Below, one piece after another: positions 25,575-37,258 of a DNA stretch of 41,529 nt. A model generated the notes under the pieces. It did not search any database, was not told the DNA's origin, and was given only the letters and a program-made list of their open reading frames with translations. Made by a program: the position numbers and the translations under genes. The DNA comes from Octopus bimaculoides (lineage: Eukaryota), in contig NC_068990.1 in assembly GCF_001194135.2 (NCBI RefSeq), positions 31,249,642 to 31,291,170 on the forward strand. Direction: 5' to 3'. Position 1 is the stretch's first letter, and every line of letters starts with the position of its first letter.

Positions 25575-26319
25575 GTACCACAGCTATCTCTGAACTCAAG
25601 AATATAAAGACTCACAAAAAAACCCATTTTATCTGACACTAACACTTCAGTTTATATTTACTGGCAGGAACAGTTAAAAGAGTATATACATGTGTGCATG
25701 CTTAGATAGACGGTGGGAGGGGAGAAAAGATTTTGGCTATGTGTGAGTGTGTGTCTCATGAGCATATATGCATGTAATGTCTGGATTGTTAAGTGTTTAT
25801 GTGCTTGTGTATATATGTGTATATGTATCTGATGTTGTCAAAAATTTGTTGCATTATCTACTTTATGTTTCTGCATATGTGTATTTGTACATGTGTTATT
25901 TGAATGTGTTCGTGTGGATTTGTGAATATTTATATTTGAGTGTGTGTGATTCTATTATAAATTTTAGTGTATGTGAATGTTTGTGTGCATGTTACACTCA
26001 TAAATATGCACATGTATATATTTTTTGTGATGTTGAAAATCTCTGGGTATGTTGCTGCTGCTGTAGTTGTTTAGCCTTAGACAGAGTAGATCTATAATCT
26101 CAGATATTCCAGCCTAAACCATCTTATTTCTTCCAGACAGTACATTTAAAGCTAGGTTACTTTACATGTCCTCAACATATTCAAGATAGTGTGGTTTGTA
26201 TATGAGAGAGACTTAGCTGATAATTCCAGAAAATTAAGTAACTACAGAGAAACATTTTCATTGGTTTGTATGTGTAAGAATGTAGGGTTGGTGCAATTGA
26301 TTTATGTGTGCATGACAGT

Positions 26320-27260
26320 ATCGTTGCCAGTGCCCCTGGACTGGCTCATGTGCGGGCGATACATGAAATCTTTCGAGCGGGATCGTTGCCAGTGCCCCTG
26401 GACTGGCTCATGTGCGGGCGACACATGAAATCTTTCGAGCGGGATCGTTGCCAGGGCCCCTGGATTGGCTCATGTGAGGGTGACACATGAAATCTTTCCG
26501 AGCGGGATCGTTGCCGGTGCCCCTGGGCTGGCTCTTGTGCGGGCGACACATGAGGTTTTTCGATCGAGATCGTTGCCAGTGCCCCTGGACTGGCTCTTGT
26601 GCTGGTGACACATNNNNNNNNNNNNNNNNNNNNNNNNNNNNNNNNNNNNNNNNNNNNNNNNNNNNNNNNNNNNNNNNNNNNNNNNNNNNNNNNNNNNNNN
26701 NNNNNNNNNNNNNNNNNNNNNNNNNNNNNNNNNNNNNNNNNNNNNNNNNNNNNNNNNNNNNNNNNNNNNNNNNNNNNNNNNNNNNNNNNNNNNNNNNNNN
26801 NNNNNNNNNNNNNNNNNNNNNNNNNNNNNNNNNNNNNNNNNNNNNNNNNNNNNNNNNNNNNNNNNNNNNNNNNNNNNNNNNNNNNNNNNNNNNNNNNNNN
26901 NNNNNNNNNNNNNNNNNNNNNNNNNNNNNNNNNNNNNNNNNNNNNNNNNNNNNNNNNNNNNNNNNNNNNNNNNNNNNNNNNNNNNNNNNNNNNNNNNNNN
27001 NNNNNNNNNNNNNNNNNNNNNNNNNNNNNNNNNNNNNNNNNNNNNNNNNNNNNNNNNNNNNNNNNNNNNNNNNNNNNNNNNNNNNNNNNNNNNNNNNNNN
27101 NNNNNNNNNNNNNNNNNNNNNNNNNNNNNNNNNNNNNNNNNNNNNNNNNNNNNNNNNNNNNNNNNNNNNNNNNNNNNNNNNATCGTTGCCAGTGCCCCTG
27201 GACTGGCTTTTGTGCGGGTGGCACATAAAAGACACCATTTCAAGCGTGGCCGTTGCCAGT
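26320..27260 (+). repeat. 62-bp GC-rich minisatellite (VNTR) built from a SINE internal module
   Basis: Unit starts at 26320, 26382, 26444, 26507 and 26569 (period 62-63), and a further unit starts at 27182 after the N gap. Confidence 0.92.
26614..27181. other. Assembly gap (N) inside the VNTR
   Basis: Run of N. Confidence 0.99.
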
Positions 27261-27470
27261 ACCGCCTGACTGACCTTCGTGCGGGTGACACGTAAAAGCA
27301 CCCACTACACTCTCTGAGTGGTTGGCGTTAGGAAGGGCATCCAGCTGTAGAAACTCTGCCAAATTAGATTGGAGCCTGGTGTTGCCATCCGGTTTCACCA
27401 ATCGTCAGTCAAATCGTCCAACCCATGCTAGCATGGAAAGCGGACGTTAAACGATGATGATGATGACGAC
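27182..27470 (+). mobile_element. SINE 3' part with an RTE-type tail, same family as 1-232
   Basis: Near-identical to 1-232, with the palindrome at 27423-27436 and a (GAT)n tail. Confidence 0.9.
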
Positions 27471-27502
27471 TTTATTGTACTATTTGGTGTGAGTTTAGTG
27501 AA

Positions 27503-27838
27503 GGTGCATGGCTCGGTGGTTAGAGTGTTGGGCTCACAATCATGAGGTAGTGAGTTCGATTCCTGGACCAGGCCGTATGTGGTGTTCTTGAGCAAGACAC
27601 TTTGTTTCACATTGCTCCAGTTCACTCAGCTGTAGAAATGAGTTGCAACATCACTGGTGCCAAGCTGTAATGGCCTTTGTCTATCCCTTGGATAACATTT
27701 GTGACATGCAGAGGGGAGGCTGGTATGCAAAGGCAACTGCTAGTCTTCCATAAACAACCTTGCCTGGACTTGTGCCTCAGAAGGGAACTTTGTAGGTACA
27801 ATCTCATGGTCATTCATGACCAAAGGGGGTCTTTACTT
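27503..27838 (+). mobile_element. tRNA-derived SINE with a CORE-like central domain
   Basis: A box TGGCTCGGTGG (27509-27519) and B box GAGTTCGATTCC (27552-27563), then GTGTTCTTGAGCAAGACACTTT...CCAGTTCACTCAGCTGTAGAAATG, which resembles the CORE domain. Confidence 0.85.
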
Positions 27839-28404
27839 TTAGTGTGTTTTCATATATTTATGTGAAACCCCTTTGTATAAAAGCATGCATGTACATCCGT
27901 TTATATGTCGTTTTATTGAAGCAGAAAACTCAGCATTTCACATACCTCAATCATCAGACAAAAGTAGACATTTTGAACAACAATTTTAAAATAATTTTTA
28001 AATGATTTTAAATAGTTCAATCATCAAATTAACATACAAAGCTTATTGGACAGGGGTTATATTTTGAAATTAATAGAATCTATTGGTCTGTAGATTGTTG
28101 TAAAATACTACAAATATGATAATGATTGAACTAAAGTAAATTAATAAATGAACAAACTCTGCAATGGTACAGAGAAACAGTAATAATATTTGCAACCAAG
28201 GAAAAATTCCAAACAAGATACATTTTAGAGTATAAGAAGTACAGAATAAGTTGCAGCGTGGAAGGTGTTTATAAGCCATTTAAGAAACACATAAAAACTG
28301 TTAGATTCACTTCAACATTTAAATTTAATTTGCCAAAATATTTTCGTTGCTTTGAGACCACAACCTGTTCACTGACAAAATTCTGTGCTGCATCTCTGAG
28401 ATGG

Positions 28405-29505
28405 CCGATGAAGTTTAATAATGGGATGATATGTCACAAGCTGCAAGGACTCAGCAAATTTGGAAACTAGGAGAGTGGTTATATGACTTTTTAAAAGATG
28501 GAAAGCAGGCTGTAGCCAACAAAGCCCTCTCCAAAGAGACATTAAATGTGAGAGCCTCAGGGCTTGTGCTATTTGTGGTGACCCTCTCAGACATGCTGTC
28601 AGTTGTACAGGCAGTCACTCTTCCTATCTATATCAATAACACAAGCAGCCAAGAATTCTCTTGATGTTAATCTTCTACAGAAAGAACTAGATGCTATATA
28701 TAAACGGGTTGAAGTAAACAACATGAAATTTAATGTAGGAAAATTATAAGACGTCTGTTATCAGTCAGCTTGTCCTAATACACTGCAACAAAGATACTTT
28801 AGACTGAAATCAGTCAGTCACAATCCCAGAGTCAAATATAGTGCAGGACCTAGGGATTGAATAAAAGCAGCAATACTTCATTACATGTACATATCATCAG
28901 AAAGATTGCAACTCACAAGCAATAGGCTGGATGGGTTCTCAGAACTTTCAGAACACAAAACTGGGAAACCATGCTGGTTTTATGAATGTCAGCTGTCTGG
29001 ACTACTGCTCTGAACTGTAGTCATCCAACAGTGTGAATTTAGTAGTGGAACTTGGGGCATTTCAGCAACACCGAGAAGATTGCATCAATGAAAAACTTGA
29101 GCTATTGGGAGAGACTGAAAGAATCACCACTCAACTCCCTAGAGTGAAGACAGGAAATGTGCAGTGATATACATTTGAAATATCCTAAGGGTGCAGGAAT
29201 CACACTTTGGTATCAAGAGTTATACCAACCCTAAACAGAACACCACTGTACTGCCCCAAAAGTCTCACCCATACCATCTAGATTAAGGACAAGGTTCTAG
29301 AATAGCTTCTAAAGCCCACAGTTATTTAAGGTACTTGAATAAATTTCAATGTCCACAGCTATTTAATATTTTGCCCCAAAACCTAAGCAATTCACATAGT
29401 GGGGTAAGTGCTTTCAACAAGCAACTTGATCTTCTGTAGTAAGAGATCTCAGATGAACCTACATCATGGCAAGTAACTCAAAAGAAGTCAGCAATATCAA
29501 ACTCC
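28405..29505 (+). mobile_element. Strongly decayed CR1-like LINE (RT to C-terminus)
   Basis: ICHKLQGLSK.GKLGEWLYDFLKDGKQAV and downstream blocks are homologous to the minus-strand copy at 30838-31650. Confidence 0.8.
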
Positions 29506-30841
29506 CATCAAGTACATATGCAAATATGTAAACAAGTGTGGCGACATGGCTGTTTTGGGTGAGCAGGATGAAGAAACGGCCAACGATGAAATCCTTCAAT
29601 ACGTCATGGGCAGGTATATTTCGTCCAATATGGTGGCATGGCGCATTCTAGGTTTTGATATTCACCAGTCCTCTCCAGCTGTATTCGGCCCACATGTACA
29701 CTTAGAAAATGGGCAATGTGTTTACTTCACTGAGAACACCGCCACCGAAAACAACACTTACACGCTTTTTTAAGTTGTGTACAAACTCTACTTTACGCTG
29801 ATGTACCGTCCTACTTCACTTGGACTAACAAAGGAAATATGATCGGACGTGTCCACACTACACCCAAAGGATCAGGAGTGCTTTTTTTTGCAGATGCTTC
29901 TGTTTCATGTGAAAGGCCCAAAATCATTTGCTGACGTCGGGTCATTCGAAGGACAAATGTGTTGCACTTACAGGGAAGCTTCTTTGCGATGGGGACTACT
30001 CGAGGAGGACGGTCTCTGGAACACGGCATTGGAAGAGATCACTGAATGCAGGACACCAGAAGCAATGCACTGAATATTTTGTCTCATCTTGCTATTCAGT
30101 AATGTGTCTGACCCTCTTCGTTTGTGGGAGACATTTAAAGATAGTTTGTCCGAAGATTATCTCCGACGACTTCAAGTCAAAGATCTAACAGCTGCATTCG
30201 ACTTCAATGACGTCATCTACAACAAAGCCCTCCTCGATTTGCAATCATGACTGCAAGCTATGGGAGGTGTTGGCATTTCAGATTTCGGTTTGCCGATTCC
30301 GCGGGACATTCCAAATGCTTTAACTGCTGAGTACATGCGAGAGTTGAGCTACAACACGCAAGAAATGGCGGCAAAGGTTGCTCAGGATGAGCCTTGACTT
30401 TTGGAAGAACAGAGAATTGCATACAACAGGATCCTCTCCAGTGTTAATTCCAATGAAGGACGACTTTTTTTCTTGGATGCTCCTGGCGGAACCGGAAAAA
30501 CTTTTCTCATGAACCTCCTGTTCACCAAAATTCGCCAGGAAAATCAGATTGCGATAGCGGTTGCATCCAGTGGCATTGCCGCAAATCTACTGAATAGCGG
30601 TCGTACGGCACACTCAGCCTTCAAATTACCACTAGACTTGACCAAACAGGAAAATCCAACTTGCAATGTTAGTCGTGGCTCAGCCATGGGAAATCTTCTC
30701 AATGAGTGCAGCCTTATAATTTGGGATGAGGCAACCATGAGTCATAAGGCGGCTTTTGAGGCGCTCAATCGGTCTCTTCAGGACCTGAGATGCAATATGA
30801 GAGTGATGGGTGGAGTGACTGTTCTGCTTGCTGGTGACTTC
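29506..30841 (+). mobile_element. Helitron Rep/PIF1-helicase internal fragment (pseudogenised)
   Basis: IKYICKYVNK (Rep YxxKYxxK motif), DEILQYVMGRYISS..AWRILGF, LLYADVPSYFTW, YREA..RWGLLE.D, Walker A DAPGGTGKT (30476-30502), ASSGIAA.LL..GRTAHSAFKLP, IIWDEATM and LLAGDF. Several stops and frameshifts. Confidence 0.95.
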
Positions 30842-32665
30842 TCTCCAGGGAGTAGAGTCTTAACTGTTTCAGCCTTTCCCAGTAGCTGAGCTGTTACAAA
30901 GAGACAATCTTCCTTGTGAATCGTCTCTGGATTGCTTCAAGGTCTGCTGTTAATTTCACACTGGTGGGTGACCATAGCTGTGAGCAGTAATCTAGGCAGC
31001 TGAGGATGAATGTCCTCCAGAGGACCATCATGGTTTCCTTATCTCTGGTTCTGAATGTTCTCAGGATCCATCCAGCCAGTCGTCTGCACTTTGTGGCCAT
31101 CCTGGTAATGTGCACTTGGAAAGAGGTATCATCACTCATGTCGATACCCAGGTCTCTCACTGATTTAGGGTCTGAGATTGAAATTCTCTGCAGACCAGTG
31201 TACTCTGTAAGTTTCATATTCAGTTTTGGACGTTGGTAGCGCAGGGCTTGGAATTTTTCAGCATTAAACTGCATATTATTATCCTCAGCCCATCTGTAAA
31301 TTGAGTCCAACTCCTGCTGCAGACGTGCAACATCACCGGAGTTCTGTATTTTCTGCGAGACTTTCGTATCGTCTCCATAGCTTGCAAGGGTGGCTATCCG
31401 GGCACTTGAGGGCATATCTGAGAGAGCGACTATAAAAAGCAATGGTCCCAAGACAGTGCCCTGTGGAACACCGCTCATTATTTGTGTTTTCATAGAGGTG
31501 GCTCCAATAGCCACTACTGCCTGACTTCTATCTTTCAGAAAGTCATGTAACCACTCTCCAAGTTTTCCAGCTATGCCAAGATTACGCAGTTTGTGGCATA
31601 TCACACCATGATCCACTTTGTCAAAAGCTTTTGCAAAATCAAGGTATATTACATCCACATTTGAGTTGTTGAGTAACTGCCTCAATACCCAGTCATAATG
31701 TTGTAAGAGCTGGGTCAGGCAGCTCCTACCTGGTTGAAAGCCATGTTGGGTATCACTCAGCAATTTATTTTCTTCAAGGAATGCGATTAGTTTTCTTCTG
31801 ACTATCCTTTCCATGACTTTGCTGATCTGTGAAGTCAGAGAGATAGGCCTATAGTTTTTGGCATCTGCTCTGCTTTCCCCTTTATGGATTGGTCATATTA
31901 TTCCCTCCTTCAGCTTGCTTGGCAGTCTGCCATTTGCGAGAAAGTTCTGGAAGAGCATCTGGAGAGGTTTTGCCAGGGCATGCTTACATGATCTAAGGAG
32001 GATTGCTGAGAATTCATCAGGGCCAGCAGTTGACTTTGTCTCCACTTCATCTATAGCTAGTAGTACATCTTCTTCGCTAATGTTGATGTATTCCACCGTA
32101 ACTGCCTCAATGGTTATAGGTGAGGTAGCAAAGAAGTCCACTGGTTTGTTCACTTGTCTGTGCTCCAACGGAGTGGTGAAGACACTTTTGAACTGCTCAT
32201 TCAGTACCTCACTGATCCTAGTTGGACTGTCTGTGAGGGAACCATCCTTTTCGAAGAGGGGTCCAATCTTGCAGCATACTGAGGCTGTTTCCTTCACGTA
32301 ATGAAAGAAGGCCTTTGGGTTTGACTTAATGTTTTTCATAACCCAGGCTTCTTTGTCTGCTCTCTCCCTAACATAGGATTGGTGCAGCCTTTTTTCAATC
32401 TCCATCAGTGTCATTATTAGGCGGGACCTTTCGCTACTTTTGGGATGCTGGTTGAGTCGATTTGCAACTTTCGTCCGTCGTCACAGTAGACATGTAACGT
32501 TCTAGTTTCATGTCAATGTCTGGTGTGGAGAGTCATTTTGGCCAATCCTCTCTGAGGATCTCTGTCTGGATCAATTTCCAGTCTGTTTTGTGGAAGTTCA
32601 GATTTGAGAGATTGGGTGCTTCCTTTAGGCTGTATGTCTGGTTTCTTTCGGCCGAAACACAGATA
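30838..32665 (-). mobile_element. CR1-like LINE ORF2 (RT domain), truncated at both ends, relatively young
   Basis: QHGFQPGRSCLTQLL, YLDFAKAFDKVDH, SGVPQGTVLGPLLF, SYGDD. One reading frame runs from 32481 to 30838, broken only by nonsense codons at 31893-31895 and 30894-30896. Confidence 0.95.
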
Positions 32666-32940
32666 GCTCTATATATAGATATACATACATATATATAGAT
32701 AAACATATACAAACATATATATATATATATAGATACACATATATATAGATATACATATACATACAAATATATATATATACATATATATAGATATACATAT
32801 ATATAGACATACATATATATAGATNNNNNNNNNNNNNNNNNNNNNNNNNNNNNNNNNNNNNNNNNNNNNNNNNNNNNNNNNNNNNNNNNNNNNNNNNNNN
32901 NNNNNNNNNNNNNNNNNNNNNNNNATATATATATATCTGA
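32666..32940. repeat. (TA)-rich compound microsatellite containing an assembly gap (about 32825-32924)
   Basis: Read directly from the sequence. Confidence 0.95.
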
Positions 32941-32963
32941 ATACATACATAATTGTTAATGAA

Positions 32964-33100
32964 GACAACAAACATCAAGGCAAGGCAAACATCTCAAGTT
33001 GTACTTACAGCTTTTTCTAGGATATCCCGGTGTATGGGGGATAATAATAATAATATTGTATATGACTTGAGATGTTTGCGCTGCCTTAATGTTTGTTGTC
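32964..33100. repeat. Inverted repeat with 36-bp arms and a 65-nt spacer
   Basis: 32964-32999 and 33065-33100 are reverse complements at 33 of 36 positions. Confidence 0.85.
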
Positions 33101-33298
33101 CTCTTTAAGAATTATATATCCGCTGCATCGGAAATCTGCAATGGCTCCATAACTACCGTCTCGGCTATAACCTTGGAGCCCTAGTAATCCATTACAGCAC
33201 TTAACTAGCATACATAATCGTTTAGATCACCTGTGAACTAAACCCCCAAACTTTGAATACATACATACATATATATATACACATGCATATCTCAATTG

Positions 33299-33346
<48 letters not shown>

Positions 33347-33699
33347 GTATATATATATATATATGTATGTATGTATGTATGCATGTTAATTCATTTGGTA
33401 CTTATTGTTGGTTGAGATATATATCTAATTATTGTTCTACTTAAGATCTGAAGAGTAGCTATATTTTTGAATAGAATTTATTTTCGATAATTTCAATTGA
33501 TTTTAATCGATTTAAATTTATTTTCTATTTGAAAATTGGTTATGAAACACGTGTAATCTTTTTATTATATTTATCTTATGATATTTACTTTACTTTATAT
33601 TATACTCATTTATTGTGCTTTTAATTATTAATTTTTCTATATGTGATAGTGGATTTTCATCGATGAGTTCTTGAAAATTGGTTATTTTCCCTAAAACTA

Positions 33700-33732
<33 letters not shown>

Positions 33733-33739
33733 ATTATTA

Positions 33740-35160
33740 CTCATGTTAATATCCATGTCGCACACTGATTTAGATTCAAGAATTGAAAATCCCATCTTGC
33801 GCTAGTGTATTGTGTCTGCGTTTCATTCAGCTTTGTATGCTGATAGTGCTGGGCTTGGAATTTTCCAGGATTAAACTGCATGCTATTGTTTTCAGCCCAC
33901 GTGTATATTGCATCCAACCCTTGGTGTGCAATTTTTGCAGGTTTCTGTATCCTCTGAGAAACTTTTTGTATCACCTGCGTAATAAGAGTGGCTTCTGAGC
34001 AGCTGAAGGTATATCTGAGAGAGTCACTATGAATTGTAGTGGCCCTAAGACAGTACTCTTTGGAACACCATTCACTGTTTGTTTTGTTAGAGGTGGCTCC
34101 ATTGGCTGCCACTGCCTGACTTCTATCTTTTAGAAAGTTGTGTAGTTACTCTCCAAGTTTTCTGACTATGCCAAGATCACACAGCTTGTGACATATCATA
34201 CCATGGTCAACTTTATCAAAGGCTTTTACACAGTTGAGATATATCGTATCCACATTTGTGTTATTGAGCAGCTGCTTTAACACTGTCATAGTGCTGTAAG
34301 GACTGTGTCAAGCAGTTTCTACTCGGTCAGAAACTATGCTGGATATCAGTCAGCAAGTTTACTCTTCAAGGAATACAATTAGTTTCCTGAGAACTATTGA
34401 CTCCATGACTTTGCTGATATGTGAGGTCAGAGAGATAGACCTATAATTTTTGCATATGCTCTGATTCCTCCTTTATGGGTAGGGCATATTATTCCCTCCT
34501 TCAATTTGTCTGAGAGTGTACTTCTTGCAAGGAAACTGAAGAAGAAGCTGCAGTGGTTTTGCAAGGGCTTATTTGCATGATTTAAGAAGGATTGGTGGGA
34601 ATCCATCAGGGACAGAAGCTGAATTTGCATTTACCTCTTTTATGGCCAGTATTACATTTCTAATGTCAGTATAATCGATTATTACCGCCTCCGTGGTTAC
34701 AAGTGAAGTGGTAAAAATTTTGCTAGTTTGTTCACTTACCTGTGTCCCAAAGGAGTAGTGAAAACACTTTTGAACTGTTCATTCAGTTTTTTACTTATTC
34801 TCATTGGGTTTCCTGTGAAGAGATCCAGTATATTATTTGCCCTGGTTGTTTGGAGCACGGTTTGCTCCATGGATAAAGCATTGGTAAGGTTGAGCAAGGA
34901 TTCCACCTGTGCTTGTTTGCAGTGTGTCATCCCTGAGAGCGTGAGGCACTCGGGCCATCCCACATTGGGGAAGTTGAAGTCACCCAAAAGGAATACACTA
35001 ATGTGTTGCATCCCTATTGTAACTTTTCTGACATCTCTTGGTGGACACATAGCTTGCCGCTGTTCAGAAAGGATTGATGGGCTACGCTTTCACGGTCTGT
35101 ATTCGTACTGAAAATTGAGATTGAGTGAGCTTTCAAACATGCCTATGTGATTTGGAGCAT
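33740..35160 (-). mobile_element. Decayed CR1-like LINE (APE fragment joined by an internal deletion to the RT region)
   Basis: FLLGDFNFPNVGWP...RANNILDL joins directly to GNPMRISKKLNEQFKSVFTTPL; the RT blocks are homologous to 31130-32230. Confidence 0.9.
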
Positions 35161-35639
35161 CTAGTGAGTGATATGTCGCTCATATGATAATATTGACTTG
35201 TCTTATACATACAATTTGAGTGTCATATACTGAATTTGCTTATTACATTTTCCAAGTAATAAAAGCTATCAGCTACTTCTAGTGAGCCATCTAGGCATTT
35301 AAAAAACTCAATTTCTTATGTGCTTGTATGAACTACTCCAGTGCATCTACTGTATATGAAGCTTACATTTTCAGATAGTTTGCCAGTGATTCCACTATAT
35401 ATCTTGTGTCCACAGTTTACATTGAATACAGTGTGTGGAGTTTATATTGAGTGTTTTTCTGCGTATCAAGCAAGGGTCCTGTTTTTTACCCCACTTACTA
35501 AAACCTTTGTCTTTTCTAGGTTTATCTTAAGGCTTCTCAATACCAGGTTTTGCTTCTATGCCTGGAATTTCTTCTCTAATTTCCTGGTAGATTCTGTTAA
35601 TGGAACTAGGTCACCAGCATATTAGAGTTACTATGACCT

Positions 35640-36990
35640 GCCAATCATAAAAGTCCTCTGTGATGGCTTGTAGTACTATGATGAATAGTAAGGGACTGAG
35701 AATTGAACTTTGGTCAGTCACCAACACTTTGTTGTCATTTTAGTAATAGCCACATGGTATTGTACATCACTATTTATATCAATTTCTAGTTTACACCCTG
35801 ACTCTGACTTTGTGATTGCAATACTACCATATGCCATTTATTCTGATTGCAATTGGGGGGTTGCTAGTGCCATTCTCTGACAAAACACAATAAGTCGACT
35901 TACTGTGCTTTGTTGGAATCCTTGGACTGACTCAACCTCATAAATACTAAGCAGGTCATAGTCATAGGTCTCAGTAGCATATTTGAAACGTAATTGCATT
36001 GCTCTAGGTTTCCAAAGTATAGATGACTGTAATTTTTTCAGTTTTTAGCAATTATCTCAGATTCTTGTCTTTTGACATTCTGTGTTTTGTCAGAGAAGGA
36101 CAGTATATTGAAGTACCTGAAATGTTTCAGTATTGAACTGCATGTTGTTTTCTTTAGCTTACTTCCGTATTGTGTTCAGTTTTCTGTTATCATCAGTGTC
36201 CTTGCTGCTTGCAATACTTTTGTATCATCAGCATAACTGGTGAAAGTGGCTAACTGTATGACTGAGGGCACATCTGACAGAGCCTCCACAAACAGTAGTG
36301 GTCCCAGTACAATTCTGTGAGAGAATCCATTTAGAATCAATGTCTACCAAGAAAGAGCACCAGTGGCTGCAACTGTCTGTTACCTATCTTTTAAAAAAGT
36401 CATGTAGCCGCTCCCTTAGTTTCCCAAGGTCATGCAATATGTTACATATTATCCTATGATCAACTTTATCGAAGGCCTTTGCAAAGTTGAGATATATTAC
36501 ATCCATACTTGTCCTCACATGCAGATTTGTGAAGTCAGAGAGATAGGCCTGTAATACTTAGCATCTGTTCTGCTCCTTTCTTCATACACAGAGCATATGA
36601 TGCCATGTTTTGCCACGAGAAATGTTTCTGGAATGGTTTTGCAAGAAGTTTCTTACATGACTTTAAAAGAATAATTGGAAACCCATCAGGGTCTGTCATT
36701 AAGTTCAAACTAATTTCACCAATGTTTCATATTACATTTCTACCTTTTATTTCAATGTAATCAATGGTTTTCTCTTCCCATTGTGGATCTGCAATGTTGA
36801 AGAACCCATCAAGTTTGTTTATTTGCATATTTCCCAGTAGTGAGAAGGTGAAAACACTTTGGAATTGTTTGTTGATTATTTTGCTTATCCTTCAGGAGTT
36901 TGTTGTTAGTGAGCCATTTTCTTCAAACATAGACGACAAATGAAGGTTCAGCGATTTTCTTTGCTAAACAACCACACAGATGATTTGTTT
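35640..36990 (-). mobile_element. Strongly decayed CR1-like LINE
   Basis: Blocks homologous to 31000-32300: the YLNFAKAFDKV region at about 36460-36500, the PISLTSQI region at about 36530-36550 and LFEENGSLT at about 36905-36930. Confidence 0.75.
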
Positions 36991-37218
36991 CTAGTGATCA
37001 AACATTTTTGTTTACATAAGCTCACTCTCCCCATTGCCTGTACAAGTACACAAGTGTGCCACACTCCAAATGTACAAATGATTGCAGGGCAATGCAAAAT
37101 GAAGTATTGCTTTCAAGAACACAATGCACTGCCACGTTTAATGGCACTCAAAATCTGGCAGTCGTGAGTGCAACACTCTAACCATTAAGCCACTTGTCTT
37201 CACACACACACACACACA

Positions 37219-37254
<36 letters not shown>

Positions 37255-37258
<4 letters not shown>

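Noticed and set aside
25768-26097. 109-aa ORF rich in V, C and Y
   Set aside because: Translation of TG-rich low-complexity sequence.
26320-27301. CRISPR-like array, or long ORFs of 200-297 aa
   Set aside because: The units are head-to-tail 62-bp repeats with no unique spacers, in eukaryotic DNA with no cas genes. The ORFs are artefacts of the repeat and the N gap.
30401-30889. Host PIF1 helicase gene
   Set aside because: It is contiguous with Helitron Rep motifs, intronless, preceded by in-frame stops, and ends by running into a LINE.
31858-32301. 147-aa plus-strand ORF
   Set aside because: Antisense shadow of the LINE ORF2.
33010-33045. Helitron 3' end (hairpin plus CTAG on the minus strand)
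   Set aside because: CTAG is only 2 nt from the hairpin and is followed by A, not the T expected of an A|T target, so it does not fit well.
32533-33444. Several Y/I-rich ORFs
   Set aside because: Translations of (TA)n microsatellites and the N gap. The same applies to 37640-38275.
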